DNA of 64,000 nucleotides from a virus: the UHGV virus genome UHGV-0211472; one strand, given 5' to 3'. The notes under the pieces are model-generated. The model was not told where the DNA came from. It searched no databases and saw only the letters and a list, made by a program, of their open reading frames with translations. This document shows positions 1 through 10,905 of the stretch, in pieces (positions within the stretch are counted from its first letter, which is position 1; each line of letters starts with the position of its first letter). A program made the position numbers and the translations under genes.

Positions 1-492
1 ATGGATAACGTCGCATTGCCACCTGTACATTTAAACTTAAGCCCAGCTGGAATGGAATTCATCATGAAGCATGAGGGTATGAGAACTAAGGCTTATAAGG
101 ATTCCGCAGGTATCTGGACGATATGTGTAGGGGCTACGCGCGATATGAATGGTTATCCGGTTAGGCAAGGATTAACATATTCTATAGAGGATTGTCTAGC
201 TCTGCTAGATAGAGACACACAAGACTCTGTTCGTGCTACTCAGAAAAACATAAAGGTTCCTTTGCTTGTTCATGAGTTCGATGCACTCACCTCTTTCAAC
301 TTCAATGTTGGCAGTGGGGCTTTGAGCACATCTAAGCTGAGGAAGGTTATCAATGGAGAAGTCAAAGGTGATATTTATTCCGAATTTCTTCGTTGGGATA
401 AAATCACGGTTAAAGGAGAGAAACGGAGAAGTCCGGGTCTTCATAACAGAAGGGTTGCAGAAGCTGATCTTTATACAGAAGCTAAATATTAA
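1..492 (+). CDS. Lysozyme (GH24 muramidase, T4 E / lambda R-like)
   Basis: 163 aa ORF; catalytic-type arrangement E-x8-D-x5-T (HEGmrtkaYKDsagiWT) near N-terminus as in phage GH24 lysozymes. Confidence 0.7.
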   Translation: MDNVALPPVHLNLSPAGMEFIMKHEGMRTKAYKDSAGIWTICVGATRDMNGYPVRQGLTYSIEDCLALLDRDTQDSVRATQKNIKVPLLVHEFDALTSFNFNVGSGALSTSKLRKVINGEVKGDIYSEFLRWDKITVKGEKRRSPGLHNRRVAEADLYTEAKY

Positions 493-504
493 TGGAGGTG
501 CCTC

Positions 505-1308
505 TTGGCTATTGAAACTAATGCGGTAGTAGTTACCGACTTAAACCCTCTCTATCCTCGTGATAGAGATTATATCTATGAAGGTGCAGCCCAGCTGCGC
601 CTAGTTAAACAGGTATTACAGAACACGTTCCCTAATTTGACAGAACCTATGACTGTTAATTCTGATACGCTAGCCGCTATCTCTGATAAGATTTCTTTTG
701 CTGGAGATTATATGGACGTTGGTGGTCTAATGATTAAGAATGGTACAGCAGGTACTGGAAATAATGATTTTACAACCAAAGCTCAAATGGAAGCTTTTAT
801 GCTTAACTGGATGCAAAACAAGATTTACAGGGTTGGGTCTTATTATATCACTGAGGAAGATATCAATCCGGGAGATTCTACATCTCTAGGGTTTGGTATC
901 TGGACAGCTGTTACTGGTGTTATTATGGGTGCCGGGGTTGTGAATCCTGATGGGACAGTCCCTAATGCTCAGCGTGTGGAGTTTACTGCTGGTGCTACTG
1001 GTGGTCGTGTCTACAACACGATTAAGACGGAGAATCTGCCATTGACCACAATCTCTGGTTCTAGTTTCTCTCTTTCTAATTATACACACACCCATACAAC
1101 AACGTTTGGACGAGGTGATGCCAGTGGTCACAACAGCTCTCCTAACTGGTACAGTCCGGGAAGCGGTTATTCTGCTGTAACAAGCTCTGATACCCACACC
1201 CACTCTATTACGGGCGAAGCAACATTTGGTTATGATGACGTATCTCGTCAACCCATAAATACGTTACCACCTTTCCGTGCAGCATATATTTGGAGACGTA
1301 TCAGCTAA
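505..1308 (+). CDS. Tail fibre protein (C-terminal His-x-His repeats)
   Basis: 267 aa; Thr/Ser/Gly-rich with repeated HTHTTTF / THTHSITG motifs typical of phage fibre tips; follows lysozyme in late block. Confidence 0.45.
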   Translation: MAIETNAVVVTDLNPLYPRDRDYIYEGAAQLRLVKQVLQNTFPNLTEPMTVNSDTLAAISDKISFAGDYMDVGGLMIKNGTAGTGNNDFTTKAQMEAFMLNWMQNKIYRVGSYYITEEDINPGDSTSLGFGIWTAVTGVIMGAGVVNPDGTVPNAQRVEFTAGATGGRVYNTIKTENLPLTTISGSSFSLSNYTHTHTTTFGRGDASGHNSSPNWYSPGSGYSAVTSSDTHTHSITGEATFGYDDVSRQPINTLPPFRAAYIWRRIS

Positions 1309-1317
1309 GGAGGAAGT

Positions 1318-4275
1318 ATGGCTCTCTACCCAATAAAATCTTTGGGTGCGGTTGGTGTTATTGCCGACCAATCTCCTACAGATCTGGCTCCTAATGCATT
1401 CACTAATGCAATCAATGCTCGGTTTGTAGAACAGCGTGTGTTTAAGACGGGGGGCTCTGCCCCTCTTTCTTACGTTGAGAGTGATAAAGGAATAAAACCA
1501 TTATCATTCACTTCAATGCCTTTTGACTACTTCAGTGCTAACAACAGTTTCTTGCTGGTAGGTACAGATAAGAGTATTTTTAGGCTAAATAATGAATCTA
1601 TGATTGATGTTAGTCGAAGAGTGGCCACAGTCACCAAAAAGGCTGTGTCTTACATTAAGATAAACCCTGTGCTAACAGAGATTGTCCCCAAAGAAACATC
1701 TGTCATTATGAGTTTTAATGAAAGCAAAGTTCTCGAGGTATCTCTTCTTCCAGAGGGTGTTACTACTCCATCTCTTGTGTGGGAAGTTAGCAATCCTTCT
1801 TATGGTTCAATACTAGTTGACCCTGACGATAACAAGAAGGCTACATTGAGCGTCTTGTCTAATGAGGGAAGCTTCACTGTCACCATCTCTAATGAAGAGG
1901 AATCTGTTACTGCCAGTATTTCCGTAAAAGTTGTTGATTCGGATTCTGGTATATTTCTTAACCGAGACTCTGTCCAACTCCGGAAAGGTGGGACAACTAC
2001 CCTTACAGCAACAACAAGTAAGACCCCTCTAACATGGACTTCTTCTAACCCAGCCATTATCTCTGTAGCGCCTAATGGTGACACTACTACCGCAGTGTTA
2101 ACCGCTCAAGGAGTAGGTAATGCACTGATAACTGTAAGCAACGGGTCTAAGACCTCAGAATGTTCTGTTAGCGTTATTAATCAGATTGACAGTATATCTT
2201 TGAGTCAAACAGACTTACAAATTAACCGTGGGACGTCTTATGTCTTATATGCTAGCTTGACCCCATCAAATGCTGCAAATCAGAAAATAACTTGGACCTC
2301 CTCTAATCCAAATGTTGCCACTGTTTCAGGAACTAGCCTTCAAGGAACTATCTCTGGACTCACAGCTGGGTTTACAGTTATAACAGCAACTACGGAAGAA
2401 GGCGAGAGGACAGCCACCTGTAATGTCAGGGTTGAGTTATCAAGCAGGACTCTTTTTGCTGCTGCATCGGCTCCTCCTGAAGAGTCTAGTTCTACGGATT
2501 CAGATATTGACACCTCAGCTATGTCAGAGGGGAACTCTTTTTATGACTACTCTATGGTTGATGGCGTTGAAGCCTATTCAATAAATGAAGTCATGTCTAG
2601 ATCAACTCAGCTTGAATCCTTAACTCTTGATATTGTGGATACTGAAATTGATGTTGGGGATGAGTTAGTAATAACTGCAACGGCAGCCCCTGAAGGGGAG
2701 TATCTTTATAGTTGGGTGGTAGACCAGCCGGGGTACATATCCTCTACTTCCACTACCGAGCCTTCCTTTACTTTAACTGCAATTAAGACTGGCAAAGTGA
2801 AGATAACCTGTACTGCTAGTCAAGTAGCTCGTAGAGATTATGAAGCGTTTGAAGAATACCCTTGGTATAATACCATCATCTCTAACTGTGCAGTGTTCAC
2901 TACTCACTATGAAACACCTCAAGTAAAAGAGTTTGCCTCTGAATACTTCACAGATCTTCCGGGGTGGGGAGAGCAGACGATAGTTGATGCTAATGGGAAC
3001 CCTTCTGTTGTAAAATATAACTGGAAGTGCGAAAGGATTCGTGCATTCAATAATCGCCTATTTGCTCTTAATATGCGAGAGTCTAATGCATCAGGGGTTA
3101 CTACTCACTACCCTCTTCGACTTCGCTGGTCTAACTATGCTAATGAGAACAAGGCACCTACCTTGTGGGATGACTTTGCTTATGACAGATATGTGACTTC
3201 AGATTTAGCAGCAAATGTTGTAGGTCAAACTGAGGCTCTAGAAAATGGATATGCCGGATACATAGATTTAGCTGACTCAAACGGTAGCTTAGTTGAGATT
3301 CTTCCTCTTAAGGATTATCTATTTATCTATACGGAGTTTGAGACTTACATTGGATCCCCAACTAACAACACATATCAACCTCTAATGTTCAAGAAGCTCT
3401 TCAATGATTCTGGAATCTTAGCACCTGAGTGTGTGGTTGAAGTTGAGAGTGGTCACTTTGTTGTTACTCAGAATGATGTTATTCTACACAATGGTGCAAC
3501 TAAGAAGTCTATTGCATCCAACAGGGTCAAGAATATGCTTATCAACGAGGTGTGTTTAGTAAACCCTTTAGCCACTAAGGTTCACCTACATCAAGATAAG
3601 AAGGAAGTGTGGATTCTCTATGTTGGACCCGGAGAACCCGCTGGGAGTTTTGCTTGTACAAAAGCTGCCGTATGGAACTACGAGTTTGATACATGGTCTT
3701 TCCGTACAATCCCATTCTCTCATTGCATTGGTTTGGTGGATCCTCCGACTTTAGAAAAAGGTCCTACTTGGGTTGATTTCCAAGAGTACACTTGGGATGA
3801 TCCCTCAATCAATGAACTTGTGTGGAGAAAGGATTCTACTAACTTCCGTCAGAGAGTCACTGTAGTAGGTTCTTGGATGAAAGGCTTTTACCAAGTAGAT
3901 GTAGGTCCTTATGACTACTCATATGATAGGTTGAATGACGTTGTTGTCAAGAAGCCATTAGAGATGAGATTGGAGAGAACTGGTATAGACTTTGACAATG
4001 TAACTAACGAGTGGAATCAGAAGCACATAAACAGGTTCCGCCCACAAGTAACAGGGTCAGGTACATACATATTCCAAGCGGGTGGTAGTCAGTATTCTGA
4101 CCAAGAAGATAGACACATTCATAGTGAAAAGTCTTATACGATCGGTGTTGACAGACATATAGGTGTCCGACTGAACCATCCGTATCTATTCTATAATGTT
4201 ATAGATAATGATGTTAACAGTAATGCAGCTATCAATGGACTAACTATTGAGTTTGCTGTTGGCGGGCGAAGATAA
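1318..4275 (+). CDS. Large structural protein with tandem Ig-like (Big_2-type) domains, putative tail fibre/spike
   Basis: 985 aa; repeated ~80 aa units of the form V..SP..V.L..G.T..L.AT..P..A..Q.ITWTSSNP..ATV; position in tail module. Confidence 0.45.
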   Translation: MALYPIKSLGAVGVIADQSPTDLAPNAFTNAINARFVEQRVFKTGGSAPLSYVESDKGIKPLSFTSMPFDYFSANNSFLLVGTDKSIFRLNNESMIDVSRRVATVTKKAVSYIKINPVLTEIVPKETSVIMSFNESKVLEVSLLPEGVTTPSLVWEVSNPSYGSILVDPDDNKKATLSVLSNEGSFTVTISNEEESVTASISVKVVDSDSGIFLNRDSVQLRKGGTTTLTATTSKTPLTWTSSNPAIISVAPNGDTTTAVLTAQGVGNALITVSNGSKTSECSVSVINQIDSISLSQTDLQINRGTSYVLYASLTPSNAANQKITWTSSNPNVATVSGTSLQGTISGLTAGFTVITATTEEGERTATCNVRVELSSRTLFAAASAPPEESSSTDSDIDTSAMSEGNSFYDYSMVDGVEAYSINEVMSRSTQLESLTLDIVDTEIDVGDELVITATAAPEGEYLYSWVVDQPGYISSTSTTEPSFTLTAIKTGKVKITCTASQVARRDYEAFEEYPWYNTIISNCAVFTTHYETPQVKEFASEYFTDLPGWGEQTIVDANGNPSVVKYNWKCERIRAFNNRLFALNMRESNASGVTTHYPLRLRWSNYANENKAPTLWDDFAYDRYVTSDLAANVVGQTEALENGYAGYIDLADSNGSLVEILPLKDYLFIYTEFETYIGSPTNNTYQPLMFKKLFNDSGILAPECVVEVESGHFVVTQNDVILHNGATKKSIASNRVKNMLINEVCLVNPLATKVHLHQDKKEVWILYVGPGEPAGSFACTKAAVWNYEFDTWSFRTIPFSHCIGLVDPPTLEKGPTWVDFQEYTWDDPSINELVWRKDSTNFRQRVTVVGSWMKGFYQVDVGPYDYSYDRLNDVVVKKPLEMRLERTGIDFDNVTNEWNQKHINRFRPQVTGSGTYIFQAGGSQYSDQEDRHIHSEKSYTIGVDRHIGVRLNHPYLFYNVIDNDVNSNAAINGLTIEFAVGGRR

Positions 4276-4280
4276 TAACA

Positions 4281-4310
4281 AGGGAGCTTCGTGCTCCCTT
4301 TTCTTGTTTA
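4281..4310 (+). terminator. Rho-independent terminator (intra-operon)
   Basis: AGGGAGC-ttcgt-GCTCCCT stem-loop followed by TTTCTTGTTT, directly after stop of 1318..4275. Confidence 0.4.
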
Positions 4311-4325
4311 TTATAAGGAGGGTCT

Positions 4326-5294
4326 ATGGGTGCTGGTGGCTTTCGTAAGAATACCGGAAGAAACAACACAACACAACCTTACAGTGTGGGCTTTCTAAAC
4401 ACCTCTGAGAGTGTAGAAACTAACAACGTTGCAATATATGATGAACTACAGAACATTAGCACTGCAACTAACCAAATGTTCCAAGCTATAGATGAAATCC
4501 ATGAGGAGATTGATGTTCGTATTAAAGCTCTTCATGCTATGAATTTACAATTTGATGAATTAGAGAATCGTGTTACGACAGAGATTGAGACTGCCATCGC
4601 AGATATTATAACACAAATGGGTAACCTATCCACCGATGATATTTGGGATAATTCAGTTAGTCCTCCTGTTAAGTTAGATTCAACTATGTCTGGTATTAAG
4701 ACTTCTATAGAAGGTAACACAGCATCTATACAGACTGTTGAAGGGATTGTTAATGATCAAGGACAAGAGATTGCCCTTATCCAATCTGACCTGACGAACG
4801 GAACAGGTAGTGCATCTCAGTATATGAAGCTCACTGAGTACGAGGCTACTTGGGGCGTTAACTCCACGGTGAATGGTAAGACAGCAGGGGTAAAACTGAC
4901 AAATAATGGTTCTACAAGCCAATTCCAAGTCACTGCTGATAAATTCCTTGTTTCCGATGGCACATCAGGGAGTACTCCTTTTAAAGTAGTTGGTGGAAGG
5001 GCAGTTATGGAGTTTGCTGATATTACTAACGTTGTGATAACAACTGCTCAGATAGCAACAGCTAGGATTCAGTGGGCACAAATTGATAACGTTAGCATAA
5101 CAAATGCACAGATTACAAGTTTGTCCGCTGATAAGATAACAGCTGGGTCAATGTCAGGAACTAATTGGCGTCTTACGGTTGGTGGTGATTTTGTTTTGGG
5201 TAGGACTTCTAGTTCTCAGCTTTGGATGAATGGTAGTCGTATCGACTTCTATGATGCAAGTGGTACTCTTCGTATTAGAATAGGGAGTTGGTAA
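4326..5294 (+). CDS. Tail fibre-like structural protein
   Basis: 322 aa; N-terminal coiled-coil-like region, C-terminal repeated ITxAQI/T motifs; tail module context. Confidence 0.35.
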   Translation: MGAGGFRKNTGRNNTTQPYSVGFLNTSESVETNNVAIYDELQNISTATNQMFQAIDEIHEEIDVRIKALHAMNLQFDELENRVTTEIETAIADIITQMGNLSTDDIWDNSVSPPVKLDSTMSGIKTSIEGNTASIQTVEGIVNDQGQEIALIQSDLTNGTGSASQYMKLTEYEATWGVNSTVNGKTAGVKLTNNGSTSQFQVTADKFLVSDGTSGSTPFKVVGGRAVMEFADITNVVITTAQIATARIQWAQIDNVSITNAQITSLSADKITAGSMSGTNWRLTVGGDFVLGRTSSSQLWMNGSRIDFYDASGTLRIRIGSW

Positions 5295-5295
5295 T

Positions 5296-6330
5296 ATGGC
5301 GTATGGAATATGGACAACGCCAGTCGGACCGGGACCAGCTTCTCCGGCTGAGCTTTTTATTGATAGTGATTCTACTTTCCCTCAATTCAAGAACAGGGTT
5401 AGTGGTAATTACAACTTTAATGGGGGTAGTAGAGATTTCCCTATTTCTGGATGGGATGGCTCAGGCCAAATCGTTGTAGTCCCCACCGGCTCTTTGTGTT
5501 GGCAATGGGAAGTCCCTCCTAATCTTGTCCCTGATGTGTATGTTGTAAACAATATCAGTATTGTAAATAACTCAACTTTCAGGGTTAGTATAAACATGAA
5601 TCCCGGAAGTAATCCACTGTTTGACGTGGCTTTCAATGTATACCAAATATGGCCTAGAGCCAATAGAAACTATGGTATAACCTTTTCAAACACAGCTGAT
5701 TACTTCTCTATATCAGATGCTGGAGTTGTTGGTCAATGTATTTGGGCTTGGGAAGGAAACATTAATGGCTCTATGCAAATACCAGCAATCAGTGGTTTTG
5801 ATATGTCTAGAGCTTCAGTGTTTGCTAACTGGTCTGGAGGACAAGGTTTACTCTATGATGCTGGGAGTCGTAATATCAGGGTTTACCAAAACAGAACCTA
5901 TGATAACGGAAACAACAACCAAACAGGAACAATTAATAATGTGAGAGTTGCAGTGTTCTGTAACGGGGCTGGTGTTCCTACTCACAATGGTGGATTAAAC
6001 ATATATTCACCTAATGGTTCTCAGTGTGTATTTTCTACTTACAGAACACCTTTTATGGTTGATCGTTTTATGGCTATGAGTGGAGGGAATACTGGACTTA
6101 CATATCCTATGATACCTCTGACGAACGGGGCAGGTTCTATTAGGGGTCAGGCGGGGAGTTGGTATTTCCAACATGCTAGATCTCATACGATGAACGGCTC
6201 TTCTTTTGGTACAGGGTATGGTCGATATATGTTCCAGTGGGATAGAAACTACGATATGGGTGGTGGTGGGGCTATCTCCCTTCAGATTCCAGTCCTAGAT
6301 GCTAGGAAGATTTTTAGAAGCATACAATAA
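5296..6330 (+). CDS. Hypothetical structural protein
   Basis: 344 aa ORF tightly packed (2 nt gap) in late operon; Gly/Asn-rich. Confidence 0.35.
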   Translation: MAYGIWTTPVGPGPASPAELFIDSDSTFPQFKNRVSGNYNFNGGSRDFPISGWDGSGQIVVVPTGSLCWQWEVPPNLVPDVYVVNNISIVNNSTFRVSINMNPGSNPLFDVAFNVYQIWPRANRNYGITFSNTADYFSISDAGVVGQCIWAWEGNINGSMQIPAISGFDMSRASVFANWSGGQGLLYDAGSRNIRVYQNRTYDNGNNNQTGTINNVRVAVFCNGAGVPTHNGGLNIYSPNGSQCVFSTYRTPFMVDRFMAMSGGNTGLTYPMIPLTNGAGSIRGQAGSWYFQHARSHTMNGSSFGTGYGRYMFQWDRNYDMGGGGAISLQIPVLDARKIFRSIQ

Positions 6331-6339
6331 GGAGAACTT

Positions 6340-7122
6340 ATGGCAATTAGAATGGGTATAGAAGAATTAGACCCGATGGTTCAACAGGCTTCAAAGAAGT
6401 ATGGTATACCAGCTGCTTTGATTCATGCTGTAATTCAAAGGGAGTCTAGTGGTCGTCCTAAGGTGGCTTCCGGAACTGGTCCTGTTGGTTTGATGCAGAT
6501 CAGTAAAGGGTTAGCTAAAGATTACGGTTATAAACTAGAAGATAGGCTTGACCCAGCTAAGAATATCGACATGGGTGCTCGCTATATCAGAGATAACCTT
6601 AAAGCTTTTAATGGTGATGTTAAGAAAGCAATGGTTGGTTATTCAGAAGGTATTGGTGGAGCTAAGCAGATGTTCGCTGGTAAAAGAGGGTTTACTCCTC
6701 AGGCTCTCGACTCTATGAATAATAAGCACTTCCTTCCTTTCTACGGTGATGCAGCTTCTCAGATTGCTAACCCTATTGGAGCTTTACAAGCTATCCAACC
6801 AGTCAACCAGTTTAATCCTGACTTACTAGACAGAGAGAAAGCTGCACAAGCTCCAACTCAGGCGGAGATTGCTGCTTCTAAGACAGGAGCTTTAGGAGGT
6901 AATCCGGTAGAGTTTTACTCTGATGAAGTGCAGGAAGGGGAAGATCAGAAGCCTCAACAGAACTTTGGTAATGCAGTATTAGGAGTAGCTGCTATGCTTG
7001 CTGGTAAACCTCCTACTTCTCAAACAGTTCAGAGGGCAAGTGCACCACATGCAGCAGGTTCTCAGTACAGTCCACAAACACAAGCAGTGCTTAGACGTTT
7101 GGCTAGCATTGGTGTAAAGTAA
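6340..7122 (+). CDS. Lytic transglycosylase (SLT domain), likely virion-associated
   Basis: SLT signature ...AVIQRESSGRP....GLMQIS... (catalytic Glu-Ser, GLMQ motif). Confidence 0.65.
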   Translation: MAIRMGIEELDPMVQQASKKYGIPAALIHAVIQRESSGRPKVASGTGPVGLMQISKGLAKDYGYKLEDRLDPAKNIDMGARYIRDNLKAFNGDVKKAMVGYSEGIGGAKQMFAGKRGFTPQALDSMNNKHFLPFYGDAASQIANPIGALQAIQPVNQFNPDLLDREKAAQAPTQAEIAASKTGALGGNPVEFYSDEVQEGEDQKPQQNFGNAVLGVAAMLAGKPPTSQTVQRASAPHAAGSQYSPQTQAVLRRLASIGVK

Positions 7123-7141
7123 TAATCTTTAAGGAGGACTT

Positions 7142-8194
7142 ATGTCTTTATTTGGAAAATCAGCTTCTAGCAAAACCACAGTGGCCCCTTCCTCTCAGGT
7201 TGATGCCCTGCTGAAGCAGATTGTTGCTAATGCTCAGAAGATGCAGAACAACGATCAGGGATTCATCTCCCAACAGCTGGCTGGGTTTAATAACAATCAA
7301 CAAGGTGCTCTGAACAACTTATCAGCTTCTACAACTCAGAAGCAACTGGCTGACATGTACACACCTCGTACACAGCAAGGGCTGGACCAACTTAACTCTC
7401 TTGCTCAACAGTATCAGAATATTGTCAATGGTGGTGGAGTGACAGCCGAGGGGGTTAATAACTTTAGTAAAGGGTTAAATAATTCTGCTCTTGCTCAAGC
7501 AACTAGTAAAGCAGCTTCTAATGTATCTCTCGGAAATGGTTCTGACTCAGGTTCTCTCCGTAGAGCTGCTGCTCAGGGTGCTGCTCTGAACGGTGCTAAT
7601 ACAAACTTAGCTCGTACTATCAGTGGTAAGAATATGGGAATCAGTGCCCTGCAACAAGACCAGAACTTCCAGAGAGGTTTGCTTGGTGCTCAGTCTGGTC
7701 TAGCTGGACAGAATCTCAATCTTGGTGCTCAAGGTGTTCAGGCAACTCAACAAGCTATTCAGAATCAACTTATGGCTGGCAATCTACAACAGCAACAGGC
7801 TCAAGCACAAGCTGATATCAATTGGCAGAACGCTATTGGTTCTCAGCAGTACGGATGGAATCAGCTTAACAACCAACTTAATGTATTAAATAGTGTAAGC
7901 CCAATGGCTGGATATACAATTAAGAATGCCGCTCCGGGCGTTAACGTAGGACAACAGCTCCTAGGTGCTGGTATCACTGGTTTAGGTATTGCGGGTCGTA
8001 TGGGTGCTTTCTCTCCTAACCAACAGACTCAGAATGCTTGGAGTTCATATAACAACTCGGGTGGGCAATCTGGAATGGCTGGTCCTATGATTGGAGGTTC
8101 TAATCTTTCTCAACAGAGGGGTCAGTCTAACTGGTTATCCACGGCAGGGAGTAATATCTTAGGTGGGGTCTTGGGGGCATTTGGAGCAAACTAA
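7142..8194 (+). CDS. Gln/Asn/Gly-rich internal virion protein
   Basis: 350 aa low-complexity Q/N/G/A-rich; begins MSLFG like the next gene (tandem paralogue). Confidence 0.4.
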   Translation: MSLFGKSASSKTTVAPSSQVDALLKQIVANAQKMQNNDQGFISQQLAGFNNNQQGALNNLSASTTQKQLADMYTPRTQQGLDQLNSLAQQYQNIVNGGGVTAEGVNNFSKGLNNSALAQATSKAASNVSLGNGSDSGSLRRAAAQGAALNGANTNLARTISGKNMGISALQQDQNFQRGLLGAQSGLAGQNLNLGAQGVQATQQAIQNQLMAGNLQQQQAQAQADINWQNAIGSQQYGWNQLNNQLNVLNSVSPMAGYTIKNAAPGVNVGQQLLGAGITGLGIAGRMGAFSPNQQTQNAWSSYNNSGGQSGMAGPMIGGSNLSQQRGQSNWLSTAGSNILGGVLGAFGAN

Positions 8195-8206
8195 AGGAGA
8201 ATATCT

Positions 8207-9175
8207 ATGTCACTTTTTGGTGGAGGCGGAAGTAAAACTACTTCCCAAATGATTCGCCCTGAATACATTCAACAGTATATTGACCAGCTTAATAAGCAGA
8301 TTGGTAATACTAGTTCAGGGGATTATGTTTATCGAGATAATGTAGGGTTTAATAACAATCAGACAGAGGCACTTAATAACCTAGCACAATCTGGCGCTTT
8401 AGGCACTCTCTCACAGCAATATATGGATGCAGCAGGTCAAGGCTTGGGTTATCTAGATAATGCCTATAAAGGCTATCAGAGCCTCTCTGGACAAGGTGGG
8501 ATTACTGGAGAACAAATTGGTGCTCTCGCTGGTCAACTGTATGATGATGATGCTGTGCAAGCAGCTATTACAGCTAATAACGAGCAGGTTCAACAGAACT
8601 TGGCACGTAATGCTCTTCCTCAATTAGCTCAACAGTATGCTGGTCAGCAAGGCTCAGGTGCTCGTATGGCTAAATCTTTTGCCCAAGGTGATGCTCTGAA
8701 TCAGATGCAAGGGCAAGCAACAGATATTACCAACAGTGCCTATAACTCTGCTATCAACCAAGCTGAAAGCATTCTCTCTGGTAATAGACAGAATCAGGCA
8801 GCTGCTCTCTCTGGTCTTTCTACTATTGGTTCTAACCTTTCTAACCTAGGTCAGCAGGGTGCTAATTTGTCTCAACAGCAAATAATGAATCAATGGAATG
8901 CAGGGTTGCAGCAACAACAGCAACAACAGAATGAATATGATAATGCCTACCAGAACGCTCAGAACGCAGCTAATTGGGGATGGCAAGATATCAACAACCA
9001 ACTCGGTGCAGCAGGTGTACTTAACGGTGCTCTCGGACAAACTACAACTACTAAAACATCTGGTGGTAGTGGTGGCTTCTTAGGTGGGGCCATGAGCGGT
9101 GCAGCAGCAGGCTCTGCGTTTGGGCCTTGGGGTGCATTAGCTGGGGGTGTAATCGGTGGGTTGGCTAGTACTTAA
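8207..9175 (+). CDS. Gln/Asn/Gly-rich internal virion protein (paralogue of 7142..8194)
   Basis: 322 aa; same MSLFG start, FNNNQ..ALNNL motif shared with preceding gene. Confidence 0.4.
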   Translation: MSLFGGGGSKTTSQMIRPEYIQQYIDQLNKQIGNTSSGDYVYRDNVGFNNNQTEALNNLAQSGALGTLSQQYMDAAGQGLGYLDNAYKGYQSLSGQGGITGEQIGALAGQLYDDDAVQAAITANNEQVQQNLARNALPQLAQQYAGQQGSGARMAKSFAQGDALNQMQGQATDITNSAYNSAINQAESILSGNRQNQAAALSGLSTIGSNLSNLGQQGANLSQQQIMNQWNAGLQQQQQQQNEYDNAYQNAQNAANWGWQDINNQLGAAGVLNGALGQTTTTKTSGGSGGFLGGAMSGAAAGSAFGPWGALAGGVIGGLAST

Positions 9176-9188
9176 TTAGGAGATAAAT

Positions 9189-10838
9189 ATGCAACAGACA
9201 ACTTACGCTCAGGTCAGAAGTCGTGACCCGAGAAATACTTTCTATGGTGTTAATCCGGGAGCGGCTTCGGCCTCTCCTTATATGGCTAGACCCGTTCAGA
9301 CAGCAGATATTTCTATGTATCAACGACCTGCTGTACCTGCTGGGTTATCTGCTCTAGTAGGTCAGGCTTCAGTTGATCATCAGAATATGTTAAATCCTGT
9401 TCAGAGTAATGGTCTTCCTTCTGACATTCCGAATGATGTACAACCTCAAGCACAACAGGCTGTAACTCTTCCTGAGTTTGAGAATCAAGAAACCATGCAA
9501 GCTGCTGGGCTTTCTCCTTCTTCTATTCCTCCAGAATCAGAACCTCTTCCGGTAACACCTCCTACTAAACCGTTAGAAGCTGGTCCTATGGAGTTTACTC
9601 CTTCTCAGGTGGAACAGGCACAAGGTGTGGTTAACACTCTTGCTCAAGGACAAGACACTGGTGATGGGATGGCTGCTGCTACTCGCGCTAAAGATCAAGA
9701 GCGTGTTAACAATGATATCTTGCAAGTTGCTAAAGCTAAAGACCCTTCAGAAGCTTGGAACAAGCTACAGAAAGAGCCATTCTATCAGAACTCTAGTTTC
9801 TATACAGGTTTGATGGGTGTAGGTCTTTCCATTATGTCAGGTAAATCCCCTATCGAAGCTTTCCAAATTGGTCAGGGAATGGCTAATCAAGATGAGACTA
9901 AGAAGCAATTGGAAGCTAACCGTGATGCATTGGTTGAGCAAGGTTTCTCTCAAGACTCTATTGCTGCTGCTATTGCAAGCGGTGACCCTTCTCTTCTGAA
10001 GATGAAAACTAAAGACCCACTCCAACAGGAGGCTCTGTATGCTGCTCGTGAAGAACGACAGAATGCTGAATGGGATAGACGTCAACGGATTCAAGAGCAG
10101 ACTATGCGTGAGCGTGCTGATGAGACTCGTCGTGCCGCTGAAGAAAGGGCTAACCTGAACTTTGAACGTCAGAAAGAGTTGATTGGCTTCCGTGATAAGG
10201 TTAAGGCTGAACGTGCTGAACAAGCTGCTCAGAGTTTTAACTTTAACCCGAAAGAAGTTCGTCTTGCTCAGAACACAGCTGAAGGTACAGTTGCTAAGCA
10301 GTGGGCGGAGAAAGGTGGTCTATTTAATCAATCCAACAAAGACTTGGATTTGGCTGACAAAGCAGTTAAAGATAAAGATTATCAGACAGCTCGTTCTGCT
10401 TACATGCAGGCTATCATGAACTCCGCAAGGGCTGAAATCGGTGCTACTCGTTCACTTACTGAAGAGGACTTGGGACACTTCGCAGAAGACCCGTCGGTCT
10501 TTGTTCGTGTTGGCAACAAGTTTGCACTGAAGTCTGGATGGCGTCCTACTGATGCTGCTCTTTCTTATGCTCGTAAGCAAGCTAACGTTGGTCACACCTC
10601 TGCAATGAAAGGTGTTGCTGATGCTAAGAAAGCGACAATTGAAGCTTACATCGGTTCTGGTATGGATAAGAAGAGAGCTACTGCATTGGTTAACCGTGCA
10701 ATTCCTTCTGGTGGTTTCTATGACCCTCTAGGTGTTTTCTCTGAGCAAGCGGAAGAATCTGTTGGGGGTGCAGCAACCAACCCTAAGCTTAATGGTGCTT
10801 TATCAGCTGTCGAAGACACTAGCTGGTTCACTCAATAA
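9189..10838 (+). CDS. Internal virion protein
   Basis: 549 aa; Pro/Gln-rich N-terminus, charged coiled-coil centre; position between internal proteins. Confidence 0.35.
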   Translation: MQQTTYAQVRSRDPRNTFYGVNPGAASASPYMARPVQTADISMYQRPAVPAGLSALVGQASVDHQNMLNPVQSNGLPSDIPNDVQPQAQQAVTLPEFENQETMQAAGLSPSSIPPESEPLPVTPPTKPLEAGPMEFTPSQVEQAQGVVNTLAQGQDTGDGMAAATRAKDQERVNNDILQVAKAKDPSEAWNKLQKEPFYQNSSFYTGLMGVGLSIMSGKSPIEAFQIGQGMANQDETKKQLEANRDALVEQGFSQDSIAAAIASGDPSLLKMKTKDPLQQEALYAAREERQNAEWDRRQRIQEQTMRERADETRRAAEERANLNFERQKELIGFRDKVKAERAEQAAQSFNFNPKEVRLAQNTAEGTVAKQWAEKGGLFNQSNKDLDLADKAVKDKDYQTARSAYMQAIMNSARAEIGATRSLTEEDLGHFAEDPSVFVRVGNKFALKSGWRPTDAALSYARKQANVGHTSAMKGVADAKKATIEAYIGSGMDKKRATALVNRAIPSGGFYDPLGVFSEQAEESVGGAATNPKLNGALSAVEDTSWFTQ

Positions 10839-10905
10839 GACCTAAGTCCTGCCTTCTATAATGTATATAGGGGGTAGGACATTTTTATTTATAAAAGGAG
10901 ACGTT

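Noticed and set aside
886-2084. Minus-strand track ORFs 886..1251 and 1800..2084 inside tail genes
   Set aside because: Antisense shadow ORFs within long plus-strand structural genes
10839-10900. Sigma70 promoter using the TATAAT at ~10858 before the 1435 aa protein gene
   Set aside because: No acceptable -35 at 17 nt spacing; region more consistent with a hairpin (GTCCTGCC ... GGTAGGAC) plus T-run acting as an attenuator
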